Virus record (IMG/VR): IMGVR_UViG_3300047320_000285
Location: 124,001 to 188,000 of that record
Length of the DNA stretch: 64,000 nucleotides
Reading direction: 5' to 3' (one strand)
Shown: in pieces, positions 28,910-36,951 of the stretch
Layout of the letters: the number at the start of each line of letters is the position of its first letter
How positions within the stretch are numbered: position 1 is the first letter of the stretch
Made by a program: the position numbers and the translations under genes
The notes under the pieces: generated by a model
Database searches by the model: none
What the model was told of the DNA's origin: nothing
Seen by the model: the letters and a program-made list of their open reading frames with translations, nothing else

Positions 28910-29878
28910 ATGGCTTCCTTGATGCGCCGAGCGCTTGAGAGCGAACTTGTACACCCGGACTCAGCACCGGAAGATGATGACATGATGGTGCTGTTCCAGA
29001 CGCATTTCCCCGAGCACTTCGGTGGGGCGTCTGCTTACTCGCTGGAAGAGCGTTCGGACGGCAAGGCAGGCGATGAATTCGAGCACACGATCTACGCCAA
29101 GCTCACCGACCCGAGCCAGCTCAACCAGTCGAAATCGATGGAGCACCACTCGCAGTGGGAGATCCGCGTCGAGAAGACCGAAAAGAACGCTGGCAAGGGT
29201 TCGTTTCGCGTGCGTAAGACGTGGGTCGACGGTGGCGACCCCGACTACGTCGCCGTGTTGAAGATTCCGCTCGATCCGAATGGCAGCAATGCCAAGAAGA
29301 AAGAGATCCCGATTCCGGCCACGGAAGACTGGTTTATCGGTTTGCAGTTCTTGGCCGATCAGGGCATGATCAAGGATCGTTACCACTTTCCGATCATCGG
29401 TTCCGATCTGGTCTGGGAAGTCGACTGCTATCCGAAAGAAGGCGGTGGCTACCACGAGTGGGTGAAGATCGATCTGGAAGTCAAGGACTTGAGCGCGCCG
29501 TTGCCCGAGTTCCCGATCCAGTTCGAAGAGATCATCCTGCCGGTGGGCGTGGGTAAGCTCAGCAAGGAAGAGCACGATGCGCAAGTCTCCAAGCTGTACG
29601 ACGAGTGCTTTATTTCGCCCAATCCGTTCAAGTCGGGCGCGATCCGCAAGCAGGTCGAACAGACCGGTGTGAACTTGGGCGACGGTGAGGACAGCCAGAC
29701 GCCGCAAGGCGGTGAGCAGCAGCCCGCTCAGACCAACCCACCGGCTGCGCCCAAAGAGGACAACGCGGACACCGAAGGCAAGGAAGGCGGCACCCAAGAT
29801 AAGGAAGGCGTGGAAGACGCGTCGACTGAATCCGGTGGTGACGGCTCCGATGCGGCCGGTGCTTCGGGTGAGCCTTGA
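28910..29878 (+). CDS. CYTH (triphosphate tunnel metalloenzyme) domain protein
   Basis: EFEHTIYAK (ExExK-like), FRVRK, IKDRYHF, VWEVDCY, VKIDLEV; acidic disordered tail. Confidence 0.75.
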   Translation: MASLMRRALESELVHPDSAPEDDDMMVLFQTHFPEHFGGASAYSLEERSDGKAGDEFEHTIYAKLTDPSQLNQSKSMEHHSQWEIRVEKTEKNAGKGSFRVRKTWVDGGDPDYVAVLKIPLDPNGSNAKKKEIPIPATEDWFIGLQFLADQGMIKDRYHFPIIGSDLVWEVDCYPKEGGGYHEWVKIDLEVKDLSAPLPEFPIQFEEIILPVGVGKLSKEEHDAQVSKLYDECFISPNPFKSGAIRKQVEQTGVNLGDGEDSQTPQGGEQQPAQTNPPAAPKEDNADTEGKEGGTQDKEGVEDASTESGGDGSDAAGASGEP

Positions 29879-29907
29879 GCGAGTCGTACTGAGAACGCTG
29901 TAGAAGC

Positions 29908-29954
29908 GTCATAACGCCCTCAGCCGCCCTGACGGGTAGCTGAGGGCTTATGCC
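29908..29954. terminator. Bidirectional CATA...TATGCC hairpin
   Basis: GCCCTCAGC/GCTGAGGGC stem flanked by CATA and TATGCC between convergent genes. Confidence 0.7.
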
Positions 29955-29978
29955 GGTTACCAGCGGCGTGGCGGGGCC

Positions 29979-30479
29979 TTAGGGCGCTTCCACGAATCCT
30001 TCTAGTTCGATCTGGCTCACTGACTGGGTGAGAGCGAGGACCAGCGGATCGGCCACTCCCTCACCATGATAGCAGAGCGAGCCCGGCTGGAAGGTGATCG
30101 TCAGCGGATTGACCAGCGCAAGGTACGTGTAGTTGACCAGATCAGCCTGCGTCCACTGCGTCCCGTAGTACGCATTGAGACTGGGGAGCAACTCGTAGGT
30201 GGTAATCGGGAAGACTGGGACGTTAATACCGGTCCCCACCGGCGTGATTTCATCCAGCCCCACCCGTCGGTACATAAAACCCGTGTCACCTTGGTAGCGC
30301 TTGGCCGTGTCGGGGACAGAGATCGGAATGAAGGTATTGGGGTCACCCGGCGTATCGGCCGTCGCGTCCAGCGCTTGGGGTGACCCAAACTCCACCTCCG
30401 CTTCGTTAAAGCGGATCCCGTTGCTAAAGAAGATCAGGTCGAGCAGAATGTCTTTGGCGGCTTTATTCAGGTCATACAT
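29979..30479 (-). CDS. Putative virion (tail/baseplate accessory) protein
   Basis: 166 aa; SD AAGGA; FMYRRVGL and FQPGSLCYHG motifs of phiKZ-like small tail proteins. Confidence 0.65.
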   Translation of the reverse strand: MYDLNKAAKDILLDLIFFSNGIRFNEAEVEFGSPQALDATADTPGDPNTFIPISVPDTAKRYQGDTGFMYRRVGLDEITPVGTGINVPVFPITTYELLPSLNAYYGTQWTQADLVNYTYLALVNPLTITFQPGSLCYHGEGVADPLVLALTQSVSQIELEGFVEAP

Positions 30480-30496
30480 AACGGTCCTTCACACAA

Positions 30497-30549
30497 GGCA
30501 TAAAAGGTACAACCGATTCCCCACGTGCGGCTGGTGTGAGAAATCGGTT
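30497..30549 (-). terminator. Hairpin + TTTTATGCC after the tail-fibre operon
   Basis: AACCGATT/AATCGGTT outer stem; minus strand ends in TTTTATGCC. Confidence 0.5.
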
Positions 30550-30553
30550 GGTC

Positions 30554-31063
30554 TTAAGGATTGGCAGTCAGCATGATGTTGACCACGACATCAGTGGCAC
30601 CACCCCACGGGTTATCGTCGAAGTGCGCGATACACGCGAAGTTAGGCACCGGTGCGCCCGTCTGGATCGACACGTTCGAGCGTCCCGACACCTTGGCGAT
30701 GCCGGTGCTCCAGCTGGAGTACGCATTGAGGTTGCTCACCGGCGGATAGACCTGCGTGTACGAGCGCAGGCCCGGTCCATGGTCACCGTTAAAGTCATGC
30801 GGATTGAACGCCCCGGTCTGGAAGTTCACGTCTACCGAGCCATTGCGGTCCACGTACACATGAATCTGGGCGAAGACCACATTGTTAATCGGCACCAGAT
30901 GCGTCTTGCCGTACCAGAAACTCCACGCGAAACGGCCACCCGAGCCGACCCCGGCCAGCCCCGACAGCGCGCTGGAACCGGCGTTGTAACGCTGGGGAAT
31001 ACCGATCCCGCACTCAAGCATCGCCTGACCCATGCTGATGGGTCCGGAACTTTGCATGGTCAT
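30554..31063 (-). CDS. Tail-fibre tip adhesin-like protein
   Basis: N-terminus MTMQSSGPISMGQAMLECG...WSFWYGKT resembles fibre-tip adhesin anchor domains; directly follows the S74 fibre gene. Confidence 0.55.
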   Translation of the reverse strand: MTMQSSGPISMGQAMLECGIGIPQRYNAGSSALSGLAGVGSGGRFAWSFWYGKTHLVPINNVVFAQIHVYVDRNGSVDVNFQTGAFNPHDFNGDHGPGLRSYTQVYPPVSNLNAYSSWSTGIAKVSGRSNVSIQTGAPVPNFACIAHFDDNPWGGATDVVVNIMLTANP

Positions 31064-31066
31064 GGC

Positions 31067-32626
31067 TTAGACCTCCGCGTACTGGTACAGATTGATCTCG
31101 CTTTCCAGTTGATCCAGCTCCTGCTGGGCGGCGCCTTCGACGGCGTCCTTCAGGCCCAGATGCTCCAGCAAGATATCCAGCTTCAGATCCGACTCACGAA
31201 TCGCTTCGTTAAGCAGGGCGCAATACTTATCGTACTGGATCGTCAGATAGTTCTTGCCCGACTTGGACTTGCCGGTCACAGGGTCACGGTCAAACGGCGC
31301 CAGCCCGACGATTTCTGGACAGACCTTTTGCACCTGCTGCGCAATAAAGCCTTGGTAGTCGCGGTCTTCCATGCCCAGCTCGAGTTGCCACTGCGGCGTG
31401 TACTGATACACGATCCCCCACACCGCCTTGACTTTCTTGAGCGCGTCCTTGATGCGACCGAAACGATGCTTGAGTCGACCGTCAGAGTTGAACGCCCAGA
31501 TGTCATTGGCCGAGAACATCGTCCCGTTGGCGAAGATGTCCCAGAACGACACCGACTGGTTGACACCGGTCTGCGCGTACGGCCCATTCGGTGCTTTACC
31601 GTTAATCTGGTTTTGCAGGTTGGCGATGTTGTTGTTGAACTCCGTCTGGGCAATCAGGCCACCCAAGTCGGTCGAATCCACCGTAGCCCGCAACCGGGTA
31701 CCGTCCCACCCCAGCTTGACCTTGTTGTTGCCCTGACTGACACCCCCGCCTTGCTGCACCGGCGTAAAGCCCAGTGTCACCGTGGCAATCGCGGCTGCAA
31801 TCGCCGCTTGCGTTTGTGCAATGGTCCACGCCCCCACTTGTGCTGCTGTGGTGTTGTGCGGGTTGGCGGTGTTGCCGACGTGGTTAGCCAGACTCAGCGA
31901 GATCGCATTGGTGATGGCATCGGCCTGCGGGATCGTGTAGACATTCAACTGACTCGCCGAGACTCTGTGCGGGTTGTCGAAGTCGTTCACGTGCGCGGTG
32001 AGCTGCGCCTGAATCCCATTGGCCGTGCCTTGCAGCTGCGCAATCGCGGTGTCGATGTAGGCGTAGATGATGTCGTGCGACGCTTGGTCACCGATCTCGA
32101 TCGCATCGCGAATCCGGTCGAGCGCGTGCACCACGTACTCGAAGCCGTACACGTCACCGATATCGTGCAAGTGCTTGGAGGGCGGGAACTCACTGGGCTT
32201 GCCAATGATGTCGCCCCATGCCACCGGCCGGTTATCCAGCCCCAGCGCATCGATCATCTGGATGATGGCCTGTGCACTGGTGCCGTACGGGCCGCCGAGG
32301 GTCTGGTAGTTGATCGTGACGTTGTTGGACACCGCCGGATCGGTGATCATGATGATCGCACAGATCTCCTGACCATAGCGTTCCGAGGGCAGTTCGTAAT
32401 ATTCGCACGCGTAGTACTGCTGGACGGTCCCGTTGGAGCCGTCGGTCAGCAGCTGGCCGTTGGCCGCATCGTAGACCTTCAGGCTGGCCGTGAAGAAGCC
32501 GCCATAATTCGGCGCAATCGCCCGGAAGGTTCGATTGGCAATCAGCGCATGCGGCTCATTCTGAACGAGGTTGTTCGGATTCACCCCGGTCGGATCGAGC
32601 GGATACTGAATGACTAAAGGCGTCAT
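31067..32626 (-). CDS. Tail fibre with C-terminal intramolecular chaperone (peptidase S74)
   Basis: H..D..NPH repeats; SDGRLKH, GFIAQQVQKVCPEIV, LTIQYDKYCALLNEAIRE. Confidence 0.85.
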   Translation of the reverse strand: MTPLVIQYPLDPTGVNPNNLVQNEPHALIANRTFRAIAPNYGGFFTASLKVYDAANGQLLTDGSNGTVQQYYACEYYELPSERYGQEICAIIMITDPAVSNNVTINYQTLGGPYGTSAQAIIQMIDALGLDNRPVAWGDIIGKPSEFPPSKHLHDIGDVYGFEYVVHALDRIRDAIEIGDQASHDIIYAYIDTAIAQLQGTANGIQAQLTAHVNDFDNPHRVSASQLNVYTIPQADAITNAISLSLANHVGNTANPHNTTAAQVGAWTIAQTQAAIAAAIATVTLGFTPVQQGGGVSQGNNKVKLGWDGTRLRATVDSTDLGGLIAQTEFNNNIANLQNQINGKAPNGPYAQTGVNQSVSFWDIFANGTMFSANDIWAFNSDGRLKHRFGRIKDALKKVKAVWGIVYQYTPQWQLELGMEDRDYQGFIAQQVQKVCPEIVGLAPFDRDPVTGKSKSGKNYLTIQYDKYCALLNEAIRESDLKLDILLEHLGLKDAVEGAAQQELDQLESEINLYQYAEV

Positions 32627-32681
32627 GAAGAAGACTCCGTGTTATTTGCTCGCCCGGAGACCGTAGTCCCCGGGACCGACA

Positions 32682-34505
32682 TTAGCTGGCAGCCAGCGTG
32701 GTGGTGAGGTTGTTGAACATCGTGGTCATCGCCGTCAACACCGCATTGACGTCCGACATCCGGGCGTAGGCATCGGTAGTCGCGTAGGTGATGCTGGCTG
32801 GTGCCACCGCGACCCGGTTGTTGGTGATGATCGTCTCGGAACTGCCTGACAGCGTCGTCACACACAGACCGTCGAGGTTCGGGCCAGTATGCAGCCATAC
32901 ACGTGCGACGAGGTTGCCATTCACCGTTTCAACCGTGTAACCGAACTGGTTCGCAGGGATCGGCGTGTTGCCTTGCGGATCCAGACGCGAGACATCCATC
33001 GTCACTTGGTTCGGCGTCGTACCCCGCACGTTGACGCTCACGTAATACGTAGCGGACTGCAGGGCACCATTCGAATCGCCCCCCGACACCAGCCAGCGGA
33101 CATCGGCAAAGGTCGAGGCCGTGTCACCGCTCAACGGTAACGGCACTTGGGCCAGCTCCGTCCAGTAATCGGTCAGCGCTTCACCCGAGGTCGGCTGATA
33201 CAACGTGGCCTTGGCAAAGCTCCCGCCACCGGAGGCCGCCTGTGCGACGATCTGGTCCACCGTCAACCCTTCCAGCAGACTGGCGTTCGCTGCCGGACCG
33301 TTCTGGGTTAGCACCCACGTGGCAAACGCCGCCGGGCTCATCCCGTTCACGTTGGCGGTGTTGTTGGCCGTGCCGTTGTTGAGTACCCATGCGGCAAAGG
33401 TCGGTGCATCCATGCCGTTGAATTCGAACGTATCGGCGGCTTTCCCGGCGAGTGTATCCGAAATCACTTGGGCATAGGTACGACCACCCAGCTCGTTAGA
33501 GTTCGCTGCCGTGCCTTGCAACACCTGAGCCGCATACGCCGCCGGGCTCAGGCCATCGAACAGCGTCGAGTTCGCCGCGGTCTGGGCCAGTACGAATTGC
33601 GCGTACGCATTCTGGTCCATGCCGTTGAATTTCAGCGTGTCGCCTGCGGTATCATTCGGCCCCAACTTGCCTGCGAGCAGGTTGTTCATGGTCGGAATGT
33701 CGTAGGCATTCACTTGGGCAGCGGTGACCACGTGCGGGTTGGTGTGGTCGTTGATGTGCGTCTGCAGCGCCGCGCCCGGACCGGCTGCACCATTGATCGC
33801 TTGCGCCACCAAGAACGGCGTCACGTACAACTGATTGCTCGTGCCGTTTTGCATGTCGGTGAGCGTCGCAATGCCGTAGTTCTGTACATTGCCCAAGCCC
33901 ACTTGGGTGGACGTGGTGTGGTGCGGATTACCGAAGTCGGCCAAATGCTGCGCCAGCCCGCCACCGTTTTGCGCGAGGATCGCCTGCTGGATCGCAGTCA
34001 GGGCATTGACCACATCGGTTGCGCCCACCAGATCGACGAGATCCCATTCGTGATCGATCGGCGGGAATGCAATCGGTTGCTCGATCACTTCTTCCCACGC
34101 GGTCACCCGCGGATCATGCAGGTTGTAGGCGAGCAGTTCAGCAATCTGTTGTTCGTTGATGGCCCACACACCCCCCAACGTCTGGTACTGCATGATGAGC
34201 ACACCGGAGAGCTGCGTATTGAGCAGACTCACGCCACCCCAGATCGGTGCTGCGCAGGCACGCGAGGCCGAGATAAATTCGAAACAGCCATACCAGTCGA
34301 TACCCAAGACCAACGGCCGGGTGGTCCCGTCGCTGTTCTGGAGGGTGATCCTCATGCTGTCGAGGAAATACGGGGCAAGCTGCGGTACCACGAAATGGTA
34401 GTCTCGGTAGTTCACTGCCGAGATCACGACCTGTTCATTCGTGATAAGGTTGGAAGCAAGCTGACCCGTGGGATCGAACGGATAGCTCAGGGTAGGTGTT
34501 GACAT
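32682..34505 (-). CDS. Tail fibre/virion protein, paralog of the 31067-32626 N-terminus
   Basis: Shared YP.DPTG....NL..NE and YQTLGG; two NPH repeats and six ~23-aa repeats. Confidence 0.8.
   Translation of the reverse strand: MSTPTLSYPFDPTGQLASNLITNEQVVISAVNYRDYHFVVPQLAPYFLDSMRITLQNSDGTTRPLVLGIDWYGCFEFISASRACAAPIWGGVSLLNTQLSGVLIMQYQTLGGVWAINEQQIAELLAYNLHDPRVTAWEEVIEQPIAFPPIDHEWDLVDLVGATDVVNALTAIQQAILAQNGGGLAQHLADFGNPHHTTSTQVGLGNVQNYGIATLTDMQNGTSNQLYVTPFLVAQAINGAAGPGAALQTHINDHTNPHVVTAAQVNAYDIPTMNNLLAGKLGPNDTAGDTLKFNGMDQNAYAQFVLAQTAANSTLFDGLSPAAYAAQVLQGTAANSNELGGRTYAQVISDTLAGKAADTFEFNGMDAPTFAAWVLNNGTANNTANVNGMSPAAFATWVLTQNGPAANASLLEGLTVDQIVAQAASGGGSFAKATLYQPTSGEALTDYWTELAQVPLPLSGDTASTFADVRWLVSGGDSNGALQSATYYVSVNVRGTTPNQVTMDVSRLDPQGNTPIPANQFGYTVETVNGNLVARVWLHTGPNLDGLCVTTLSGSSETIITNNRVAVAPASITYATTDAYARMSDVNAVLTAMTTMFNNLTTTLAAS
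33235..33647 (-). repeat. Six tandem ~23-aa fibre repeats
   Basis: AGDTLKFNGMDQ, AANSTLFDGLSP, AANSNELGGRTY, AADTFEFNGMDA, ANNTANVNGMSP, AANASLLEGLTV. Confidence 0.75.
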
Positions 34506-34592
34506 TCGTTACTCCCGTACGGGTTCGGCGACATTTTATGATCAAAAGTCTAACAGACATAGTATTTCCTTCTTTTTTCCACAGGAGTGGCC

Positions 34593-35852
34593 ATGTACTC
34601 GTTGGTCTCGGCGATTGCCAAATCCTTTTCTTCCCTAGGGCGTTGGGAATCGGTCGATATCAGCCAGATGACCTTCGCTCAGTTGTTTGCTTCTTACACC
34701 CGTGTCACGGCGGTGTTGACCAATCCGTTTATCGACGGACCCGTGGCGCTTGACTTGGCCAGCATTCTCGGTCAGGTGGGGGACACCAACACCACGGTGA
34801 CCGCGTTCTTGACGGCAAACGCTAATAACGCGCTGCCGACCTTCACCCCGGTGCCGGTGCTCAAGCACAAGCATGTCCAGTATCGGGATGCGTTTCGGGC
34901 AGGCTACTCGGTGCAACCGGTCGGTCCGTATCAAGCTCCCGACGCCCAGCTGCCGGCGAAGGACAAGACCTACCTGCACATCACCAACCCGAATGTGGCT
35001 GACTTCCGGGAGTTCTACAAGTACTGTCTGGTCTCGGTCAATGGCTATCTCCATCGTACCGACGCCGATCAGAACGGGGCGTGGGTGATTGACGGCACCA
35101 AGAGCTTGTGGAAGTCGAACCGCAACCAGATTGGCTTTCTGAACTTCCAAGGTGTGTCGACGCTAAATTTCGTCCCGATTACGCCGCAAATGGTCTACAA
35201 GCAATCGTCTAGTCAAGCCTTGGCTAACCAGATGCGGATCGACGTCGGACAGGACCTCAGCAACAAAGGCCTGATGTTGGTGTTGGGTGGCTATCTGCAT
35301 TTCCTTGATGAGCGGACCTTCCGCCGGATCGGCGATCAGCAGATCCTGATCGACTTCAACAACCTGCCGTTGTTCGAACGCTACCACGAGTCGCGTGAGG
35401 TGCTCGATTACAGTGGTTTGCCGTTCCAGACCACGACACGTAATCCGTCGCAGATCGCCGTGGCGGACTTCCTGAGTGACGCCAACCTCACGGCCTACGT
35501 CACCATGAGTCAGTCGTTTCTGGTGATCATGGATAATCCGGAAGTCTATCGGGACAGCGCGTTCGTCCAGACGGTGGCCGGTCCCGGCATGCTGGTGGCG
35601 CATCAGTTCCCGGACAAGCCCCTGATGAACGGCATCGGCAAGCTGGCTGATTACTGGTCCGTGTTTGAGGACCAGCAGTGGTCGGTGCGGGTGGTGGATA
35701 ACAACTGGAACCGGCGCGTCTACGGTACGATGCAGAAGTCCTACTGGACCAACATCGCTGACAGTCGTCTCACGCAGGACCCCGTACGTTACAGTCGGGC
35801 GCAGTTCATGGTGATTGGCACCGATCTGGCGTATCAAGAATCCACGTCGTAA
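34593..35852 (+). CDS. Putative virion structural protein
   Basis: ATG with SD CAGGAG; YCLVSVNGYLH and LVLGGYLH motifs; located among tail genes. Confidence 0.7.
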   Translation: MYSLVSAIAKSFSSLGRWESVDISQMTFAQLFASYTRVTAVLTNPFIDGPVALDLASILGQVGDTNTTVTAFLTANANNALPTFTPVPVLKHKHVQYRDAFRAGYSVQPVGPYQAPDAQLPAKDKTYLHITNPNVADFREFYKYCLVSVNGYLHRTDADQNGAWVIDGTKSLWKSNRNQIGFLNFQGVSTLNFVPITPQMVYKQSSSQALANQMRIDVGQDLSNKGLMLVLGGYLHFLDERTFRRIGDQQILIDFNNLPLFERYHESREVLDYSGLPFQTTTRNPSQIAVADFLSDANLTAYVTMSQSFLVIMDNPEVYRDSAFVQTVAGPGMLVAHQFPDKPLMNGIGKLADYWSVFEDQQWSVRVVDNNWNRRVYGTMQKSYWTNIADSRLTQDPVRYSRAQFMVIGTDLAYQESTS

Positions 35853-35859
35853 CCACAAG

Positions 35860-35896
35860 GGCATAGGACCCCGGGGGCGACCCCGGGGCTTATGTC
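35860..35896. terminator. Bidirectional GGCATA...TATGTC hairpin
   Basis: CCCCGGGG-GCGA-CCCCGGGG between convergent genes. Confidence 0.7.
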
Positions 35897-35919
35897 CCTG
35901 TTGCTTAAGTCGCTCCTGA

Positions 35920-36894
35920 TCAGGGCAGGTTTTCGTAGCTCTGGAAGTCGGCGGTCTGGCCTTGGACCGTACCTTGGGTCGAGATGCCCGCATCCGCGCT
36001 CATATGGCCCTTGGTGCTGAAGTCCCCCGAGCTGACCATGTTACCCGGGGTACCGGAGGTGCCTTCACCGGTATTCAGGTTACCCTTATGCAAGGTCTCG
36101 GTGGTCATTTCGTTGGAGGTGGACTTCAGTGAGCTGCTCTCGGTCTGATGACTGATCGACTGGCTGGCATTGACCGAATACGTCTCCGACTCTACCGAAT
36201 ACGCTTTAGTCTTGAAGTCAATCGAGTCGGCCGCATACCCCGTGATCGCATTCTTGGTCAGGTCGATAAACGAACCGTCGGCATTCTCGAGATGGATCTG
36301 GTGGTCGTCCGAATTGATGTACACCGTGTTGTTGGCGGTGTCAACGATCGTGAAGGTCCCCGCGTCCGTATCCAGCGTGATGTCGTAGCCATAGGGCTCG
36401 CCGTTGGCTTGAGGCGTATGGATCCACAGCTTCTTCTGATGGGTGGAAACGCCGATCACGTAAGTGGTGTCATCGCTGACCGCGTCGCCTTCCGTTTGCG
36501 TGCCACTAAAGCCCCAGATTACCGTCTCCAGTTTGCGCACACTCAGGTCATTACGCATGGTGACCCAGAAGTACTTGCTGGTATCATCCCCGAAGCGATA
36601 CAGCATTACCTGCTCGCCACGGCGCACATCGGGGGCGGTCTGGCGGTTGGCATTACCAATTGGCAGCCATGTGGCGGTCACGGTATTGGACTGGGCGGTC
36701 TGGCTCTGGTAAGCGCTCCCGGATGCATCGGTACCGGACGCTTGGAATTGCGTCAGGTTATCGGTGATCTGACCGTCCAGCATCGGCAGGTCCTCGACCG
36801 GGGTGACTTCTACTTTCCACGTATTGAGCGGTTTGTTCGCCGCCACCACCCCGTATGAATACGGGTGGAACTGACTGAGTCGTAATGTATCCAT
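35920..36894 (-). CDS. Baseplate central spike (OB-fold + beta-repeat; phiKZ gp164-like)
   Basis: ATWLP...PDVRRGEQVMLYRFGD matches the gp5/GpV OB-fold signature, followed by short S/T-rich beta repeats. Confidence 0.7.
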   Translation of the reverse strand: MDTLRLSQFHPYSYGVVAANKPLNTWKVEVTPVEDLPMLDGQITDNLTQFQASGTDASGSAYQSQTAQSNTVTATWLPIGNANRQTAPDVRRGEQVMLYRFGDDTSKYFWVTMRNDLSVRKLETVIWGFSGTQTEGDAVSDDTTYVIGVSTHQKKLWIHTPQANGEPYGYDITLDTDAGTFTIVDTANNTVYINSDDHQIHLENADGSFIDLTKNAITGYAADSIDFKTKAYSVESETYSVNASQSISHQTESSSLKSTSNEMTTETLHKGNLNTGEGTSGTPGNMVSSGDFSTKGHMSADAGISTQGTVQGQTADFQSYENLP

Positions 36895-36951
36895 GTTAAT
36901 TTTGTTCCAAGCGGACTATTGTTTGATGAGAACCAATAAACAGACTATCCC

